64,000 nucleotides of DNA from a virus (taxonomy: Duplodnaviria; Caudoviricetes): the IMG/VR virus record IMGVR_UViG_3300014205_000220, positions 4,867-68,866 of that record; one strand, written 5' to 3'. Of the stretch, positions 60,847-64,000 are shown one piece after another. A program made the translations under genes and the position numbers. Every line of letters begins with the position of its first letter. Position 1 is the stretch's first letter. The notes below the pieces were generated by a model, which saw only the letters and a program-made list of their open reading frames with translations, did no database searches and was not told the origin of the DNA.

Positions 60847-61584
60847 TTATGAGTTTCTTATAAAGAATGGATTTCGGGGGTCTAATAATAATTGATTGTT
60901 CAATGGGTCGGTGACAAAGGGATTTCTTGGGTCAACATAAGTATTTGGGTTTGCATTCGTTGAATTAGCCGATACTTCTGCTCTACGTATATCTGTTGCT
61001 ATTGGCGCACCTTTACCTACGCCTATATCATCACCACCATCTTCTCCGTCCTTTTTTGACATAATAGCATCCCCTAAAGATAATACACTACTAAAAGCAC
61101 TTGCTATACCACTTGCCGAATCCTGTCTTGCGGTCTGTAACTGCTGACCCAATCCAAGAAGTGCGTTTGATTCACGACCCTCTCTGATAGCCATTATATC
61201 ACTTTCTCCTTTTGCAATCAACTGTGACCTTTCAGCATCCTGCCTCTGCAAATCCTGTGATATGATGTTCTGTAAAAGTATGTTTTGTTCGTTAACTCTT
61301 GGAATACCGCCTATAACAGCTCTTGTACCACCTCTTTGAAGTACGTCGATAGATGAAGCCATATTAGATGTATTGGCTTCTGTCTGTTGGTCAGCTTGTA
61401 AAGTAGCCAATTGTATGTTCTCATAAGAGTTTACAAGGTCTTGACGCTTAAAGTCGTTTATAGCGTTTTTAGCATCTTTTTTCTGTTTTTCGGCTTCTGA
61501 AATCTTGTATGCAGAAATTCCTAAACTCACGACGCTCGACGTGATAGCTGCTTCTTTAAAGTGATATTTTTCTAAATCAAACAT
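60847..61584 (-). CDS. Small ejection (pilot-like) protein
   Basis: N-terminal AAITSSVVSLGISAY helix and Q/A-rich body; probable start at 61584, downstream of the promoter. Confidence 0.6.
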   Translation of the reverse strand: MFDLEKYHFKEAAITSSVVSLGISAYKISEAEKQKKDAKNAINDFKRQDLVNSYENIQLATLQADQQTEANTSNMASSIDVLQRGGTRAVIGGIPRVNEQNILLQNIISQDLQRQDAERSQLIAKGESDIMAIREGRESNALLGLGQQLQTARQDSASGIASAFSSVLSLGDAIMSKKDGEDGGDDIGVGKGAPIATDIRRAEVSANSTNANPNTYVDPRNPFVTDPLNNQLLLDPRNPFFIRNS

Positions 61585-61609
61585 AGAATATATATTTATG
61601 TAATCCCAA

Positions 61610-61637
61610 CAAATATAATGCAATTTAGCTATATTTG
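61610..61637. promoter_or_regulatory. Back-to-back TATATTTG promoters
   Basis: Minus 61610-61617, plus 61630-61637. Confidence 0.65.
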
Positions 61638-61655
61638 GTTTATAAAAAGTAATGT

Positions 61656-62066
61656 ATGGATTTTACCGTAAGAAACACCCAAGAGAGTGACTACGAAATG
61701 TTATGCGAATGGTGGAAAGCGTGGCGGTGGACGCCTGTTGATAGATTGATACTTCCCGACAACATATCAAGCGGTCTAATGGTGTCTTATAATGGTGTTG
61801 AACTATGTAGTGGTTTTGTTTATAAGACTTCTTCTTCGTCATTGTTTTGGCTCGAATGGATTATATCTAACCCTAATGTGAAAGATAGAGAAGTACGTAG
61901 AGAGGGTTTAGAGTTTCTAATGAAAGGTCTTTTATATATGACGAATGAACTCGGTGCTAAAGTAATCTATTCATCACTCGTAAACCCACATCTTATAAAT
62001 ATGTATGAAAAATGTGGGTTTGTAAAAGGCTCTGTTGGTGCAACTGAAATGATATATAGGTTTTAG
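61656..62066 (+). CDS. GNAT-fold acetyltransferase-like protein
   Basis: WLEWIISNP...RREGLEFL...HLINMYEKCGF. Confidence 0.7.
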   Translation: MDFTVRNTQESDYEMLCEWWKAWRWTPVDRLILPDNISSGLMVSYNGVELCSGFVYKTSSSSLFWLEWIISNPNVKDREVRREGLEFLMKGLLYMTNELGAKVIYSSLVNPHLINMYEKCGFVKGSVGATEMIYRF

Positions 62067-63814
62067 TTTTTTAGTGTTTTTGAATTACCGTGGTATAATT
62101 GAAATGCGCCTAATATTGTTGCGTTAAATTCAAATATTTCTTCCAAAGAATAATGTTCGTTGTTTCTTTTGATATATTGCCTAATTCCATCTAACATAGT
62201 TTGATTACGCCTGCTATCAAAAATACTTTGCCTTAAATCAATAGATTTTAATATTTCTTCTTTTTTCATAATCTATGATTTTTTAGTGTAGAAGCACACG
62301 AGGACAATACGAGTGCCTCTCTCAATCTTACTCGGAAACTTTGCGTGGAATTGATTGCTTGAATAGGTAAGCATACGATTTGGTACACTTGTGATTATAT
62401 CCTTTATCTGCCACTTTAAAGGGTCGTTGCTATCTTCCTTTAGTAACTTGTCAAATTCTTCGTTAGAAATGTTCTCTGGAAGTTCTCTTTTATAGTAATT
62501 GTGAGAATAAAAGGCTGTCCCGTTCTTTGAAACATCTTCTTCGTTGTTTATATAAAGTACCGATGCGAGGGCTGTTTTATGACCGTTAATCAAATTATCA
62601 GCGTGTATAGATGGCGTGGTGTTGTGATTTTTGTCTGCCATCCGAATAAACGAAAGCACAAGTTCGTGTCCACTGAATTGCAATAAAGGAATCAATTCTT
62701 TGGGTGTTTCAAGAACAAAGAAGTCTTTACCCTCTGTTTCTACTTTCTGAAACTCATTGTTGTTACAGTAGTCTTGTAATGCTTTGAATGTTTCGGTTGT
62801 AAAGTATTGGTCTTGTACGAAAATCATACGTTTTTTATATAAGAATTTATGCACTTTGTTCTTTTGGATTGTGCAATATCCATAATTCTTTCAGCATCAA
62901 AAATCAATAACGCTTGTTTCATAACGTTATAAACATCTGCTAATTCAGAATACATTTCTGATTCAATTTGCTCTTTATCTTTGGTAGAGCAAAGTGATTT
63001 AAGAATTACAGTAGCTAATTCACTACATTCTTCACCAATTTTAATAATTTGCTTATCTTTTCCAAAATGGTCTAAAATAAGCTGTGATTCTTCTCTAATG
63101 TTATCTTTCATAGTTTCTATATTTTTGGTAAATCATTACTCTCACTACCAACAATCTCATATTCAAAGTTTATTTCCTTTGTTAGTTCCGTTAGTTGAGG
63201 TATTGTTTTTCTATCACTTGCTACTCTATAACCTTTACTCATTCCTATTGGTATGAGGTTCATCTTCTTTAAAGGGAAGTGTCTGCCACTGATTATTGAA
63301 GGTAGTCTGTAAAGCTGTTCGTTCTTCCATCCGTAGGTAATTCCTTTGTAGGTGAATCCGTATTTGAATGTTTGTTTCATGTGTTTAATTTTAAATTTTT
63401 ATATGATTAAGCGTAAAACCCACTGATGCCGACAGGCTCGGTGGGGAAAAATGACAATTCTTCTGTCATTGTAAACTTGCCGTTTTCAACTGCATTTTTA
63501 AAACGTTCGATGTTTGTTTATGTTTTCATTGGTTGTATTTTATAAGTGATTATACACAGTAGTTATATGCAAATGTATAAAGGGTCGTACTTATCACAAT
63601 CTATGTCAAGGCAATATAAACCCATCCCCCCATTTAAATATTCTACTTCTACATTATGTATGTCTGTAGCAATCCCTGTAATTATCCCAATATTGCCATC
63701 AGTATCTTTTACTTTGGTCTGTAATTTTACATCAGCATATAACAATGGGTATAATCCATTACTTTTTTTATATCCTCGCTTCAGTAATCTTAAAAATGTT
63801 CTTACACTTATCAT
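62063..63814 (-). CDS. Other small hypothetical ORFs (62063-62269, 63117-63380, 63563-63814)
   Basis: ORF track. Confidence 0.55.
62273..62854 (-). CDS. 2OG-Fe(II) oxygenase
   Basis: HAD (HxD)...VLYIN...GTAFY...NRML...FH...RIVLVCF. Confidence 0.85.
   Translation of the reverse strand: MHKFLYKKRMIFVQDQYFTTETFKALQDYCNNNEFQKVETEGKDFFVLETPKELIPLLQFSGHELVLSFIRMADKNHNTTPSIHADNLINGHKTALASVLYINNEEDVSKNGTAFYSHNYYKRELPENISNEEFDKLLKEDSNDPLKWQIKDIITSVPNRMLTYSSNQFHAKFPSKIERGTRIVLVCFYTKKS
62824..63111 (-). CDS. MazG-like NTP pyrophosphohydrolase
   Basis: QIIKIGEECSEL...ELADV. Confidence 0.8.
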   Translation of the reverse strand: MKDNIREESQLILDHFGKDKQIIKIGEECSELATVILKSLCSTKDKEQIESEMYSELADVYNVMKQALLIFDAERIMDIAQSKRTKCINSYIKNV

Positions 63815-63879
63815 AATTTATTTTTTATTTATTAATCAGTAACGTATCATACCCTAAACCGTGATCCGCTCGTTGTGTG

Positions 63880-63887
63880 CAAATATA
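63880..63887 (-). promoter_or_regulatory. Bacteroidota -7 promoter element
   Basis: TATATTTG; the 17-nt context caaatatacaaaataat is identical to that at 10827-10843. Confidence 0.6.
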
Positions 63888-64000
63888 CAAAATAATACAA
63901 TATAATGGTATTTAATGGTAAAGTATATTCAAAATAAAACGGAACAATTTTCAAGCCCTCTCAAACCTTTAGATTATTCCGTTCTTAATTAATCAAATCC

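Noticed and set aside
63410-63500. IS200/IS605-type end hairpin (cccactga...tcggtggg)
   Set aside because: No transposase or TnpB remnant is nearby, and the hairpins can be explained by the small interrupted ORF on the minus strand.
946-63842. Most plus-strand ORFs in the track that overlap minus-strand genes (e.g. 946-1212, 1125-1535, 7456-7881, 54382-54930)
   Set aside because: They are antisense shadows of long genes, rich in S/F/L/C and without protein-like motifs.
63835-63885. Additional att-like site (AAC...GTTGTGTGC)
   Set aside because: There is no convincing inner arm pair or complementary partner core within the window, and it overlaps a promoter.
1-64000. tRNA genes and stop-codon reassignment
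   Set aside because: No T-loop/cloverleaf signature was seen. Long genes are intact under the standard code with dense packing.

Overview
This window is a 64-kb slice of a Bacteroidota (probably Flavobacteriia-type) dsDNA phage genome, mostly encoded on the minus strand. It has a crAss-like/podovirus-type virion module: major capsid protein cut by the left edge, scaffold-like protein, portal, TerL, a 2311-aa ejection-type protein, tail fibres, a PL1 lyase-like protein and a lysis cassette. This is combined with a lambdoid replication/recombination module (O-like initiator, ERF, NinB, NinG, Gp157) and many small accessory ORFs. No DNA or RNA polymerase, tRNA, CRISPR array or full-length integrase is visible. 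The most striking feature is two integron-like gene-cassette arrays (about 5.3-7.4 kb and 14.2-15.5 kb). Each cassette starts with a GTT core that is complementary to the AAC core at its own far end, followed by an attC-like imperfect hairpin. The cassette genes face opposite to the canonical integron direction. Some genes lie wholly inside, or start inside, the attC loop. A 31-codon ORF that looks like an internally deleted tyrosine integrase sits at the intI position of the second array. Also notable are several tail-region proteins with Sec-type signal peptides, a HAD domain inside the giant virion protein, a nucleotidyltransferase-like gene and structured 5' leaders. All protein family calls come from motif recognition by eye, not from database searches.
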